From a virus (taxonomy: Duplodnaviria; Caudoviricetes), in IMG/VR virus record IMGVR_UViG_3300029288_000067, positions 64,001-128,000 of that record: DNA of 64,000 nt. One strand, 5' to 3'. Position numbers and translations under genes: made by a program. Below the pieces are notes generated by a model that worked only from the letters and a program-made list of their open reading frames with translations, was not told the DNA's origin and did no database searches. Below are positions 1-8,741 of the stretch, piece by piece; the first letter of the stretch is position 1; each line of letters begins with the position of its first letter.

Positions 1-53
1 AAATCCACGTTCCGCATATTTGTATCTCCTGTATATTTGTTTCTTCAAGAGAT

Positions 54-82
54 ATATTACCGCAAACAGCGTAAAACTTCAA
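54..82 (-). promoter_or_regulatory. repeated sigma70-type (early) promoter TTGAAG-N17-TAATAT
   Basis: Minus strand reads TTGAAG ttttacgctgtttgcgg TAATAT; the TGA in the -35 box is the stop of ORF 79..264. Confidence 0.85.
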
Positions 83-264
83 ATTCTTTCAAAAATAAAT
101 TTTCCGGAACTATCAGTCACCCACTCCAAAACCTCTCCGGGGCAACAAAATGCTTGTGCTTGTTTTATTGCATTCTTGGGGGAAATGGCATGTAGTTTTA
201 TTTTACGGGAATAGTCCTCGTGGGAATCTTTGATTTTTGCAAACCAAATCTGTATTTGTTCCAT
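79..264 (-). CDS. hypothetical protein
   Basis: 61-aa ORF abutting the upstream gene; ends in the promoter -35 box. Confidence 0.6.
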   Translation of the reverse strand: MEQIQIWFAKIKDSHEDYSRKIKLHAISPKNAIKQAQAFCCPGEVLEWVTDSSGKFIFERI

Positions 265-265
265 A

Positions 266-550
266 TTACTTCTTCTTTTTTGGTTTTACAACATCTTCCT
301 CTTCGGGGTCTTCATCCTCTCCCTCGGGCTCCATTTTAAACCCGATAGCTTCTGGAAGTTCTTCTTCTTCCCCCTGAGCTTGTTGCACTTGGGCATTGAA
401 TGCTTCGATCCCTAATTCAATAAAGAAGCGGATTTGTTGGGAGACTGACCGCAATTCATTTTTTGCAGAACTTTTTAAGGCAAAATATAGTTCTTCGGGC
501 AGAGTAATTTTAACACATTTGTTGTCGGATTTCTTTTTTCTACATGCCAT
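266..550 (-). CDS. Arc/ribbon-helix-helix-like DNA-binding protein with acidic tail
   Basis: VKITLPEELYFALKSSAKNELRSVSQQIRFFI matches the Arc/CopG RHH pattern. Confidence 0.65.
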   Translation of the reverse strand: MACRKKKSDNKCVKITLPEELYFALKSSAKNELRSVSQQIRFFIELGIEAFNAQVQQAQGEEEELPEAIGFKMEPEGEDEDPEEEDVVKPKKKK

Positions 551-583
551 AAAATATCCCGCCTTTCTATTTTTTCATCCTTG

Positions 584-612
584 TTGAAAGTAACAGCAAG
601 TTATCGTATACT
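584..612 (+). promoter_or_regulatory. sigma70-type promoter TTGAAA-N17-TATACT, probably giving a leaderless mRNA
   Basis: Exact 17-nt spacer; ATG at 619 lies 6 nt after the -10 box. Confidence 0.7.
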
Positions 613-618
613 GTGAAA

Positions 619-1080
619 ATGAAAAAAAATCCTTGGAAAAATTTTCGAAGTCTGGTAGGAAGATTATTCCCTCAACTTTTGGATATTCAACGGGCTTGTA
701 TTACTGCCTATCAAAGAGTTACCCGTGGGTGGGCAGATGAAGACGTGTGGAGCATCGATTATCATCTCTGTGAGGTTGTCCCAGAAATGTTGGAACAATT
801 GAAAAAAGATAAAAATGGTGTTCCACAAAAATACATAATGAAAATTTACGAGGAAAGAGGATTGGATGTCCGAGATTCCTTTTGTGATATTCCCGAGGAG
901 ATAATTGAAGAGGCAGATAAAAGATTCACGCAATCTATTGATAAAATGATTGCCGGGTTTAAAGCACACAAACAAATTTCAGACTGGGATTTTACGCCGG
1001 AAACTCACCTGGAATTAGATAGGATTTATCGAGAGGGTATGCAAAAATTTGTGGACGATTTCGAAAATCTTTGGTGGTGA
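619..1080 (+). CDS. hypothetical phage protein
   Basis: Long ORF behind a promoter, divergent from the RHH gene. Confidence 0.75.
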   Translation: MKKNPWKNFRSLVGRLFPQLLDIQRACITAYQRVTRGWADEDVWSIDYHLCEVVPEMLEQLKKDKNGVPQKYIMKIYEERGLDVRDSFCDIPEEIIEEADKRFTQSIDKMIAGFKAHKQISDWDFTPETHLELDRIYREGMQKFVDDFENLWW

Positions 1081-1082
1081 AA

Positions 1083-1418
1083 ATGAAAAAATATATTGCA
1101 ATAATTGAATACGCACCCAATTGCTATCGGTGTGACCATACAGAATTTTTTACTTTGAAATTCTTCAACACATTAGAGGAAATGTTCACCTATATCCTCG
1201 CAGAAACAAACAATGGGTTCTTTATTAAAGAGTTGTGGGATGCAGAAGCAAATAAGCGAATTGAAAATATTTCTGTGAAGTATTTTCACTCTCATCATCA
1301 CATCGATCATATCATTGTTTTAGAAAACCACCCGGGGGAGCAGGTTAAATTATTTGAGTGTTTCCGGGATCCTTACAATCATTTAGTTTGGAAGATTTGT
1401 GGGAAACCGGAAGAATAG
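1083..1418 (+). CDS. hypothetical protein
   Basis: GGTG SD then ATG just after the upstream stop; ends at a bidirectional terminator. Confidence 0.65.
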   Translation: MKKYIAIIEYAPNCYRCDHTEFFTLKFFNTLEEMFTYILAETNNGFFIKELWDAEANKRIENISVKYFHSHHHIDHIIVLENHPGEQVKLFECFRDPYNHLVWKICGKPEE

Positions 1419-1443
1419 GGGAGGCTTTTACCCCTCCCCTATT
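1414..1443. terminator. bidirectional intrinsic terminator between convergent genes
   Basis: AATAGGGGAGG...CCTCCCCTATT inverted repeat. Confidence 0.7.
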
Positions 1444-1446
1444 GGA

Positions 1447-1905
1447 TTATTCTGCAATACCAATCTCTATGAAAACCTTTTCGGTCTTCAATGTCTTTTC
1501 CAACAAAGGGAAGACAATTTCATCAAAAGCCTTCTTGGATTCCCCCACAAAATCTGCACTTTTTGTCTTACCACAAATTAAACAACCAGAGGAATCCTTG
1601 TCTGTGTTTCCGGAATGGATCAAAATTCCATCATAAAAAGGGACATTCAACAGACGAGGCATTAACTTTCCATACTTCGGGGACTTATTAACAACTACTT
1701 CGTAAGTTCCATAAGGAATTGCAGTCTGCCCGTAGACCTTTGTTGCCTGTGTAAAGGGCTCCCCAAATTTTTGTCGGCATTTATCCTCAAGGATATAGCA
1801 CAATTCCTCATATTCAAAGTTATCTCCTCCAAGAGGAATTTCCTTGTACAACCGCCCAATGGTTGATTTTTCTGTGAATTCATAACGCTCTAAAAAAAGT
1901 TTCAT
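1447..1905 (-). CDS. DUF5675-family protein (possible cell-wall/lysis enzyme)
   Basis: STIGRLY...ILED...TAIPYGTY...SPKYG..MPRLLNVP.YDGILIHSGNT.KDSSGCLICG motifs. Confidence 0.8.
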   Translation of the reverse strand: MKLFLERYEFTEKSTIGRLYKEIPLGGDNFEYEELCYILEDKCRQKFGEPFTQATKVYGQTAIPYGTYEVVVNKSPKYGKLMPRLLNVPFYDGILIHSGNTDKDSSGCLICGKTKSADFVGESKKAFDEIVFPLLEKTLKTEKVFIEIGIAE

Positions 1906-1942
1906 CGTGAAACCCCCTTTATTACAGGGATTTCACGATGAA
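1901..1942 (-). promoter_or_regulatory. hairpin occluding the SD and AUG of the DUF5675 gene
   Basis: TTCATCGTGAAATCCC pairs with GGGGTTTCACGATGAA, which contains the SD and ATG. Confidence 0.7.
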
Positions 1943-1956
1943 GTTATTGGGATCTG

Positions 1957-2238
1957 TTAAAAAGGACCACACCTCTCCGAGGAAGTGTGTACAAATCCAC
2001 AGCCACAAGAGTATGGTCTTTCTTCCTGATCTTGTTTTTCCCAACTCTCAAAGAGGAGCAAACTTTTATCTCCAATTGTTCCAGATCTGGAAGAATCAAT
2101 AATTTTCATAAGAGCATAAACAATATCTTCCCGGGAATGACTACCATTTAAATTATCCACCAATCTTCTTACCCCGAGAACAATTTTTGAAGCATCCTTC
2201 AACATCTGCATTCCCTCAGAAACCGTGATTTGTTCCAT
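1957..2238 (-). CDS. hypothetical protein
   Basis: ORF in operon; start overlaps the upstream stop. Confidence 0.6.
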   Translation of the reverse strand: MEQITVSEGMQMLKDASKIVLGVRRLVDNLNGSHSREDIVYALMKIIDSSRSGTIGDKSLLLFESWEKQDQEERPYSCGCGFVHTSSERCGPF

Positions 2239-2489
2239 TATTGTCCTCCCAGACTTTCAGACATAGTTGCAGCATTTTGCATCAACCAGTGAAATTCCAC
2301 TGTTCCGCTTGCATCTTTTACTGTCCATTTTGCAAGACCATCCCGGACAGCTTTAATTCGCATATTCTTTTCCACGTCCCGGACGATTTGCTGATATTGT
2401 GCATCTGTTTGATGACAACCAATAAGGGCACCCCCAAGAATACCCAAAAGGAACCCAATGATTAGCCCCGCAACAACGCCATCTTCCAT
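2238..2489 (-). CDS. small membrane-anchored protein (paralog of 2710..3021)
   Basis: N-terminal TM helix; AVRDGLAKW...VEFHW; AGGAG SD. Confidence 0.7.
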   Translation of the reverse strand: MEDGVVAGLIIGFLLGILGGALIGCHQTDAQYQQIVRDVEKNMRIKAVRDGLAKWTVKDASGTVEFHWLMQNAATMSESLGGQ

Positions 2490-2497
2490 ATATTCTC

Positions 2498-2710
2498 CTA
2501 AATTTCTTCTTCGTTACTTCCAACAGATTCTTTCCAAACAAACGATGTTGGATGCCCATCAGAGGTTTGTGTGTAATCTTTTTTACGAGTATCAATCTCT
2601 CGGTCGCAATTGAGGCAAACAATAACCCCAGGATCATTTATCTTTTCAGCAAGTTCTCTGCTGTGGCACGATTTGCAAATCTTTACCTTCATCGGGAAAA
2701 AATGAAACAT
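2498..2710 (-). CDS. small Zn-ribbon protein
   Basis: CKSC...CLNC; AGGAG SD. Confidence 0.55.
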   Translation of the reverse strand: MFHFFPMKVKICKSCHSRELAEKINDPGVIVCLNCDREIDTRKKDYTQTSDGHPTSFVWKESVGSNEEEI

Positions 2711-3021
2711 TATTTCTCTCCTACGTTTTCCAAGAGTTCTGCAACGGACCCAACTGGGGTAGAAACCCATGTAAAAGTAACTACAGAGCTTTTGGGGTTC
2801 TTCACAATATATTTTGCAAACCCTGCATCAATTGCAGATTGTTTCAAAGCTTGCAGGGAATTGTTGTAGTCTTGTTTCTGTTTTTCTAACCTACGCAATA
2901 GTTTATTCTCCCCGAGAAACAAACCAAAGATTAAACATAGGCCACATAAAGTGACACCAAGACAGACAAGCATAATTTTTTGTTTTACTTCCTCTTCTCG
3001 CCCTACATCATCCATTTTCAT
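2710..3021 (-). CDS. small membrane-anchored protein (paralog of 2238..2489)
   Basis: TM helix; AIDAGFAKY...VTFTW. Confidence 0.65.
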   Translation of the reverse strand: MKMDDVGREEEVKQKIMLVCLGVTLCGLCLIFGLFLGENKLLRRLEKQKQDYNNSLQALKQSAIDAGFAKYIVKNPKSSVVTFTWVSTPVGSVAELLENVGEK

Positions 3022-3136
3022 AATCCTTTCGCTTGCGTGTGTATTTCTTTTTGTCTTTCTTGGAATTCTTTTTATCGTAGATCTTATCCTCGTAAATACG
3101 ATCCTCGTGATAGCTCTTCGTTTCTTTCTTTTGCAT
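3008..3136 (-). CDS. small basic protein (42 aa, not in ORF track)
   Basis: GGAGG SD then MQKKETKSYHEDRIYEDKIYDKK...; fills the intergenic gap. Confidence 0.5.
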   Translation of the reverse strand: MQKKETKSYHEDRIYEDKIYDKKNSKKDKKKYTRKRKDYENG

Positions 3137-3147
3137 ATTGCCTCCGG

Positions 3148-3723
3148 TTAAGTCCACATGTATTTTCGAACATCCAGCAATGCCATCATATGTTTTTTGT
3201 CTTGATCATCAATGAATTTTTCTTGTCGGACAGAAAGGGCAACTAATTTTCTATCGCTTTTGGTGGTAAATGTCATAACCCTAAAATCAAAATTTTTAAC
3301 AGAGGCACTAACAGTTTTTTTGTAGTTCTTTACAAGAACAGGTCTTTCCTTTTTCCAATATGCGTATGCTTTTTTGAATGTGTCCGAGGCTTTTTTATGC
3401 CCTTCATCGGATTCCCAATTGATATAATTCCATGGCTTTTCTTTCTCCACAAAATCTACCAAAATCTGGAAGACGGAGTGCAGCATTACCTTGTAAGGGT
3501 TTTGGTAATCCGCTGAAAGAGATCGAAGTGTAAGAGTATATCGCTTACGATTTTTTCGGTAATTTTTTACCACAGTGTTCCCAGCATCCTTCTTCATTTT
3601 CTTCTCGATAGCCCCCGTTCCACAAACAGAAGCAGTCATTGCCCTTTTTCCAGGTCTCATCCCACCAACGACAATTTCCGCAACGTTTTTCCGGGGGTGG
3701 TTTCTTTTCCTCCGTGTGCCCAT
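3148..3723 (-). CDS. hypothetical phage protein
   Basis: Long ORF; true start uncertain. Confidence 0.6.
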   Translation of the reverse strand: MGTRRKRNHPRKNVAEIVVGGMRPGKRAMTASVCGTGAIEKKMKKDAGNTVVKNYRKNRKRYTLTLRSLSADYQNPYKVMLHSVFQILVDFVEKEKPWNYINWESDEGHKKASDTFKKAYAYWKKERPVLVKNYKKTVSASVKNFDFRVMTFTTKSDRKLVALSVRQEKFIDDQDKKHMMALLDVRKYMWT

Positions 3724-3753
3724 ATCCGTAGTTGTCGTAAAAATCGGTCATAT

Positions 3754-4167
3754 TTATCGAATTTTATCCAACATGCTTTCAAATTTCTGCAGTTCCACAA
3801 TTGCCTTGGAGATTTCATTTACCTTTGCTACAAGGTCCCCCTGTAGTTTCAAAAGATCCTTCTTGAATCCCGAAAAGGCAGTTTTGATTTCTTCTGCGGT
3901 AACCAACACCACGGTAGATTTTTCCTCGTGATACTGAATGACCTGCTGAGTACAAATCAATAGCCCCTTTTCCACCATTTTACGATTCACGAGATAATCC
4001 TTGAGATCCCGGGGGACTTCAATAACATCCACAAAAGGCTTTGCTTCCGGCAATCCCGAAATGCTCTTATATGTGTCAAACAGTGCCTTGAGGTTTGTTT
4101 CTCCCATAGGGGTATTTTTATCCCAATTTTCAGGAGTGATGAAAAGATAATTTCTGTAGTTCTTCAT
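3754..4167 (-). CDS. hypothetical protein
   Basis: First ORF after the promoter at 4205. Confidence 0.7.
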   Translation of the reverse strand: MKNYRNYLFITPENWDKNTPMGETNLKALFDTYKSISGLPEAKPFVDVIEVPRDLKDYLVNRKMVEKGLLICTQQVIQYHEEKSTVVLVTAEEIKTAFSGFKKDLLKLQGDLVAKVNEISKAIVELQKFESMLDKIR

Positions 4168-4204
4168 ATTCTTATGTCCTTGTTTTTATTTACCGGCAAG
4201 ATAG

Positions 4205-4233
4205 ATATTACCCTAAGACCCTTACTTATTCAA
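4205..4233 (-). promoter_or_regulatory. repeated early promoter TTGAAT-N17-TAATAT
   Basis: Motif match, 17-nt spacer. Confidence 0.75.
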
Positions 4234-5196
4234 AAGAATGGAAAGAGGAACGTGATACATCTCTTTCACATAGAACTCCCGGGGGGATACAAAGTGCCCC
4301 ACAACAAGAGGAATGCAAATAGGGGAGTTGTTGGGGGTTGTGCCTTCAAAGTAATTGTAGAACAGGGAAGATACCACGAAGTACAACTCATCAGATCCAT
4401 TTTTAGCTGTGTGATAATTCACGCACAATGCTTTAAAGGTGTTTGTAAAAACTCTATCAAATTCCTGTGGTGTGAAGTAACAAAAAGTTGACTTCAAAGA
4501 AACCATGGGGTCCTTCAGTAGTTCTCGAATAGCATTATCATTTGCAAAACTTCCAAAGAATCCCCAGTAATCATGATTTTGATTTTTTACTTTTAAAATC
4601 CGTTCTCCCTCGGTCAGTTCCTTGTCGTCACTGTGAAGCAAAGTGGGCTTTTCTTCAAGGATTTCTTTTCTCTCTGGGATAACTACTTTTGGAGGCTCTT
4701 GTGTTTTTGGTGTTTCCCCAGCAGGGGGAGTTTTTGGGGCAGACATTTTTGTGCTCCCCAGATATTCCAACTCCTCCAAAGAATTGTCTACCTCCGAAAC
4801 AACTTCTACCATTTTTCGAACGGGGGGCTTAACGACAATATTTTGTGATGGGCTTGTGGATGTTTTTGTAAAAACCTCTTTTGATACTGGTTTTACTTCT
4901 ACCACAGGAGTTTTCGGGGGCGCGGGTGGGGATTGTACAACGGGGTTTTTCGGAAGATCCTCCATGAATTCTTCATCCATGTCCAGGTCCCCCAATTCCT
5001 CTGCTTCATCTGTTTCCCGTAGATCCCCCGGCTCTTTTTCTTTTGCTGCCATTTTCGGGAAACTCACCTTTGTGGAAAGGGGCATATTCACAACCTTCAT
5101 CGGCCCGCCCGTGGATTTTTTGTTCGAGGGCTCCGAGCGGCTTATCGGAGAAATTTGCTTGTTTGTGATAATTTTTGTAACAGGTTTAGAGTCCAT
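4222..5196 (-). CDS. hypothetical protein with long Pro/Lys/Glu-rich disordered N-terminus
   Basis: GAGGA SD; low-complexity N-terminus and globular C-terminus. Confidence 0.7.
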   Translation of the reverse strand: MDSKPVTKIITNKQISPISRSEPSNKKSTGGPMKVVNMPLSTKVSFPKMAAKEKEPGDLRETDEAEELGDLDMDEEFMEDLPKNPVVQSPPAPPKTPVVEVKPVSKEVFTKTSTSPSQNIVVKPPVRKMVEVVSEVDNSLEELEYLGSTKMSAPKTPPAGETPKTQEPPKVVIPERKEILEEKPTLLHSDDKELTEGERILKVKNQNHDYWGFFGSFANDNAIRELLKDPMVSLKSTFCYFTPQEFDRVFTNTFKALCVNYHTAKNGSDELYFVVSSLFYNYFEGTTPNNSPICIPLVVGHFVSPREFYVKEMYHVPLSILLNK

Positions 5197-5203
5197 ATTT
5201 TCC

Positions 5204-6259
5204 TCAATTTTCAGTTTTTGCAAGGTACTCGGGACTTCGCTGCTTCAAGATGATTCGACCCAATTTTGTATCCCGAGGAAGTTCAATATACGGGCGAATA
5301 ACAATCCCTTCACGACGAAGGGCAGGATTCAACACAGATAATCCATTGCTTACTTCTGCAATGTTCCGACCTTTCAAATAATCTCGTAGTTTCCCAACAA
5401 ACAACACGGGAACTGTAAGAATACCGTATTCCTTCGTGATTTCTTCCTGCTTCGGATAATCAATGGGCTGTCCATTGAGCCAAACTTCAAAGGTATGAAT
5501 CTGTGCTTTCTTGAGTTTGTAATAATCCCCCTGTGCAGAAGAATGCCCAATCAATTCCCCACGGATCGTAGATGCTTCAACAGAGTAATCTGTAACAATC
5601 TTTTTGGCAATGACATCCAGCAATTGTTTCTTTGCGGTTTCATGGGTCACATTGAGGCAATTATTATCAATGAGAACAATTTCCCCGGAGCGTTGGCAAA
5701 AACGTGCTTCGGGCTCATCCTTCAAGTATGCAACAGATGAATTTCTGCCTTCCAACTTTTCTGTAACAACAACATCGAGATCCATCAAAATTGAAACAAT
5801 TTCGGGATTTCTCTCGCAACCTTCGATATCGTAGTAGGGAGAGACTTCTGGCAGTTTGTGCAAGTTATATCCCCCAGCATCAACAATCGGGGGATCGTAC
5901 TTTGTTACCCCGAGGAAAGCTGTGATTTCTTCCGTGGTGGGGTTTTCATTGTTGATCCCATCGAGGAGTGAAAGAGGAGCAACAATACCCTGAGAAATAA
6001 CCCCACGAAGACGAACAGTTTTTACCCTGTTTTTGTCGGAACCAGCAAGCTTGCCCACAAGATTCAATTTTTCCTGCAGAGGAAGGGGAAGCAAGGAATC
6101 AATGGGAATATACAAAACAGAATCCCCGGGCTGAAAAGTATCTTTCCCAATGACGAATGAGAAAGAGATACCTTCAAGAGAAGCCTTCACAATTTTATCG
6201 GCTTCCGGAATAGGATCCACGGTTCCAATCTTTTCTTTTGTTACACCAAAAAAAGCCAT
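5204..6259 (-). CDS. RNA ligase, DRB0094/Rnl5-like, with N-terminal OB domain
   Basis: IPEADKI...RVKTVRLRGVISQG N-domain; motif I TEKLEG; EGIVIR; KQRSPEYL. Confidence 0.85.
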   Translation of the reverse strand: MAFFGVTKEKIGTVDPIPEADKIVKASLEGISFSFVIGKDTFQPGDSVLYIPIDSLLPLPLQEKLNLVGKLAGSDKNRVKTVRLRGVISQGIVAPLSLLDGINNENPTTEEITAFLGVTKYDPPIVDAGGYNLHKLPEVSPYYDIEGCERNPEIVSILMDLDVVVTEKLEGRNSSVAYLKDEPEARFCQRSGEIVLIDNNCLNVTHETAKKQLLDVIAKKIVTDYSVEASTIRGELIGHSSAQGDYYKLKKAQIHTFEVWLNGQPIDYPKQEEITKEYGILTVPVLFVGKLRDYLKGRNIAEVSNGLSVLNPALRREGIVIRPYIELPRDTKLGRIILKQRSPEYLAKTEN

Positions 6260-6280
6260 TTCGATATTCTCCTATATTTA

Positions 6281-6616
6281 TTAGTAAGAACTAATATTTC
6301 CGCTTTGCAACTCAATGTACCAAGAGCCCCCGTCATGATCATGTTCGCTTATGTGCCTCTCAGCTTCACCATCGAACAACACCTTTATACGGTTTTCCAA
6401 ATAGTGAATAGATCCTCCAACATCATACCCCGAGGGGTTATCCCATGAATGTTGGTAAGCGAGATAATGAAATGGGATACCTACTCGAACAATTTCTTTT
6501 ACAGCGTTTTCGGATAAATCTTTTCTGTATTGAAGGACATTGTACAAACTTACCACAATGCTGTGTATTGTTTTTGAAAAGTCATTATCCCCGAAAACGA
6601 TTGCTATTGTTCGCAT
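6281..6616 (-). CDS. hypothetical protein
   Basis: ORF in the minus-strand array. Confidence 0.65.
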   Translation of the reverse strand: MRTIAIVFGDNDFSKTIHSIVVSLYNVLQYRKDLSENAVKEIVRVGIPFHYLAYQHSWDNPSGYDVGGSIHYLENRIKVLFDGEAERHISEHDHDGGSWYIELQSGNISSY

Positions 6617-6660
6617 ATTTAGCCCCATATTACAACATCTTTACCGTAAAAACAAGTCTT

Positions 6661-7008
6661 TTATTTCCGAAAAGGATTCGGGCGGCAGGCCAACAAACGT
6701 TTCTTTTCTTTTTTGTCCTCATTTGTGTTTGCAATATCGGTCAACTGTGCCAGATACTTCATGAGTCTTTTTCTTGCCTCGAAAATTTGATGTGCAGTGA
6801 ATCCCCTATATTTCTTGGCATACGCAACAAACGATGACATTGTTGAGATATCTGCATTATCGAATCCCTTTCCATCTGGGATAAGGCATCTACGTTCCTT
6901 CTTTTCTTCCTCTGTTTGTTGATTATACAACACAAGGATTGCCCGTTCAACCCAGTAATCGGACTTCAAGATATTTTCCCGGATTTCATCAATTGCCCAG
7001 ATTTTCAT
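6661..7008 (-). CDS. hypothetical phage protein
   Basis: GAGGA SD before MKIWAIDE; ERAILVLYNQQT...GKGFDNAD. Confidence 0.7.
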   Translation of the reverse strand: MKIWAIDEIRENILKSDYWVERAILVLYNQQTEEEKKERRCLIPDGKGFDNADISTMSSFVAYAKKYRGFTAHQIFEARKRLMKYLAQLTDIANTNEDKKEKKRLLACRPNPFRK

Positions 7009-7018
7009 ATCTGTTTCC

Positions 7019-7285
7019 TCAGAAGTAAAGAATAAAGACAGAAGACCAGAGCACAACAAAAGCAACAAATGCCTGCAGGAAATGAGTTGCAGTTGAATCC
7101 CCAATTTCCCCAATCAGATGGAGCATGGAATCTCTTACCTCGGTTGACATGTTCTCCCGGGCGCTTCGAATAGATAGTCCAAGGTAAGAGATCGTATTTA
7201 CAAGTATCTTCGCGAGAGGCAGGGGGAAGAAGATAACAGAAAGGAAAAGGGCAGTTTTTACAAGGTGTATTACTAGAGGTGTCAT
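7019..7285 (-). CDS. small two-TM membrane protein
   Basis: ACAGGAG SD behind the promoter at 7320; two hydrophobic segments. Confidence 0.6.
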   Translation of the reverse strand: MTPLVIHLVKTALFLSVIFFPLPLAKILVNTISYLGLSIRSARENMSTEVRDSMLHLIGEIGDSTATHFLQAFVAFVVLWSSVFILYF

Positions 7286-7319
7286 AGGTATTCTCCTGTA
7301 TTTTTATTTCATCCAAGAT

Positions 7320-7348
7320 ATATTACCGCAAGACCCTCAAAAATTCAA
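7320..7348 (-). promoter_or_regulatory. repeated early promoter TTGAAT-N17-TAATAT
   Basis: The -35 TGA is the stop of the Nudix gene. Confidence 0.8.
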
Positions 7349-7950
7349 ACAATTCCTTTATTTTTTGCATCCTGTAAAATCATTTTTGCCCGCCAACCGA
7401 TATCCGGATTGGACATAACATTCTCAAAGGTTGTCCAGATAGTATCCATGTTGGCTTCAAATAAATTTTCTGGATCTTTCTTCTCCGGGGGCATACGGTT
7501 GACATCAATCAAGAACCCATAGACTGTTTCATCTGTAGAAGTTCCCACTAAATATTCCCCCGTCTTTTTCAAACGATCTTTGTTTACTGTATATCCGGCC
7601 TCTTCTTTTACCTCTTCGATAACAATATCCTCTACGGACAATTCCGGCTTATCGAGGGACCCCGTGAAGGCATCAACAATAAATTTTTTGTAGGGAGAGG
7701 AATAAGATTTCAAGATCCCAAACTCATTGTTGTGGGAGGGATCATACAACACAAAAGCAACGGAGTTTTTTCCAAGTCTTTGTACATAATAAAACCACCC
7801 GTTTTCCTCGCTGCCATGCCGAAGAATTTCAAGGTATTTTTTCTTTTTCTTGAATGCCGGGGTTTTGTATATTGACTCTGTTTTGAAGGTCTGTATTAAT
7901 TTTTTGAATTCATCCGTTATTTTTGCCAGCTTGGAGTATCTTGAAATCAT
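7345..7950 (-). CDS. Nudix hydrolase carrying the shared N-terminal tag
   Basis: Nudix box GSLDKPELSVEDIVIEEVKEEAGY; N-terminus MISRYSKLA. Confidence 0.8.
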   Translation of the reverse strand: MISRYSKLAKITDEFKKLIQTFKTESIYKTPAFKKKKKYLEILRHGSEENGWFYYVQRLGKNSVAFVLYDPSHNNEFGILKSYSSPYKKFIVDAFTGSLDKPELSVEDIVIEEVKEEAGYTVNKDRLKKTGEYLVGTSTDETVYGFLIDVNRMPPEKKDPENLFEANMDTIWTTFENVMSNPDIGWRAKMILQDAKNKGIV

Positions 7951-7959
7951 TGGAGATCC

Positions 7960-8250
7960 TTACAAAGGTGTTTCTTCAGGAGATTCTTGTTCGAAGTTTT
8001 CCTTGTGATAATTCAATTCCCCAATAGCATCTTCAATTGCAGATACAGCAGCATTCAGTTTATGTGCAACCTGTTTCAAATGCCAAGCATAGTGAGGAGC
8101 GGGTTTCTTTGCTCCCAATGTCAACAATTCATTTTGTAAGTCTTCTACCGGCTTCTTCAATGCTTCCAACTTTTGATTGTATGCAGCAAAAGCGGAATCC
8201 AATTGAGGGTCAACTCCCGCCAAATAACTGATTTGTTTCTTAATACTCAT
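7960..8250 (-). CDS. coiled-coil hypothetical protein (possible virion protein)
   Basis: AGGAG SD; N-terminus MSIKKQISYLA. Confidence 0.7.
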   Translation of the reverse strand: MSIKKQISYLAGVDPQLDSAFAAYNQKLEALKKPVEDLQNELLTLGAKKPAPHYAWHLKQVAHKLNAAVSAIEDAIGELNYHKENFEQESPEETPL

Positions 8251-8268
8251 TTTAAAGCTCCTATGGAA

Positions 8269-8304
8269 AAGAGGTGATATACTTTGAAAAATATATCACC
8301 TCTT
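8269..8304 (-). terminator. intrinsic terminator
   Basis: AAGAGGTGATATA...TATATCACCTCTT followed by a T-run. Confidence 0.65.
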
Positions 8305-8321
8305 AAAAAGAATTTCATTTG

Positions 8322-8732
8322 TTAATTTTTTCCATTCCATACCCGGGTATACTCTGCCCTCAATCGTTCAAGATTTTCATGGGCATCTCGAAACATTTCC
8401 TCTTTCTCTTCCTGGGGGATATCAATGCCGGAAACTACAAAATCTTTCAATTTCTCCTCAGAAAATTTTCCGCATTGAACGAGTCGCAGAACTCCAATTA
8501 CTTTTTCAATAGATTCCCCACAAATATCTTTGTAAAGAATCCAAATGTTGGAGCCATAAAGTTCCATTGAATCCAGATGCAGAATAGCCCCCAGACCTAT
8601 GAAAGCACACATGGGATCAATCCGAGGCTCATCCCGAAACAACAGCATTAACACTGTAATAGCCCCAGGATTTCCTTCAGCCATCTTTGATAGCAATGTT
8701 ATAAGGTTATCTTTCATTTCCAGTTTTGGCAT
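8322..8732 (-). CDS. hypothetical phage protein
   Basis: GGAGAGG SD; MAEGNPGA motif. Confidence 0.7.
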   Translation of the reverse strand: MPKLEMKDNLITLLSKMAEGNPGAITVLMLLFRDEPRIDPMCAFIGLGAILHLDSMELYGSNIWILYKDICGESIEKVIGVLRLVQCGKFSEEKLKDFVVSGIDIPQEEKEEMFRDAHENLERLRAEYTRVWNGKN

Positions 8733-8741
8733 ATCCTCTCC

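Noticed and set aside
6627-6655. Variant promoter TTGTTT-N17-TAATAT
   Set aside because: Weak -35 box, lacks the GG, and the predicted TSS would cut the SD. Possible but not counted.
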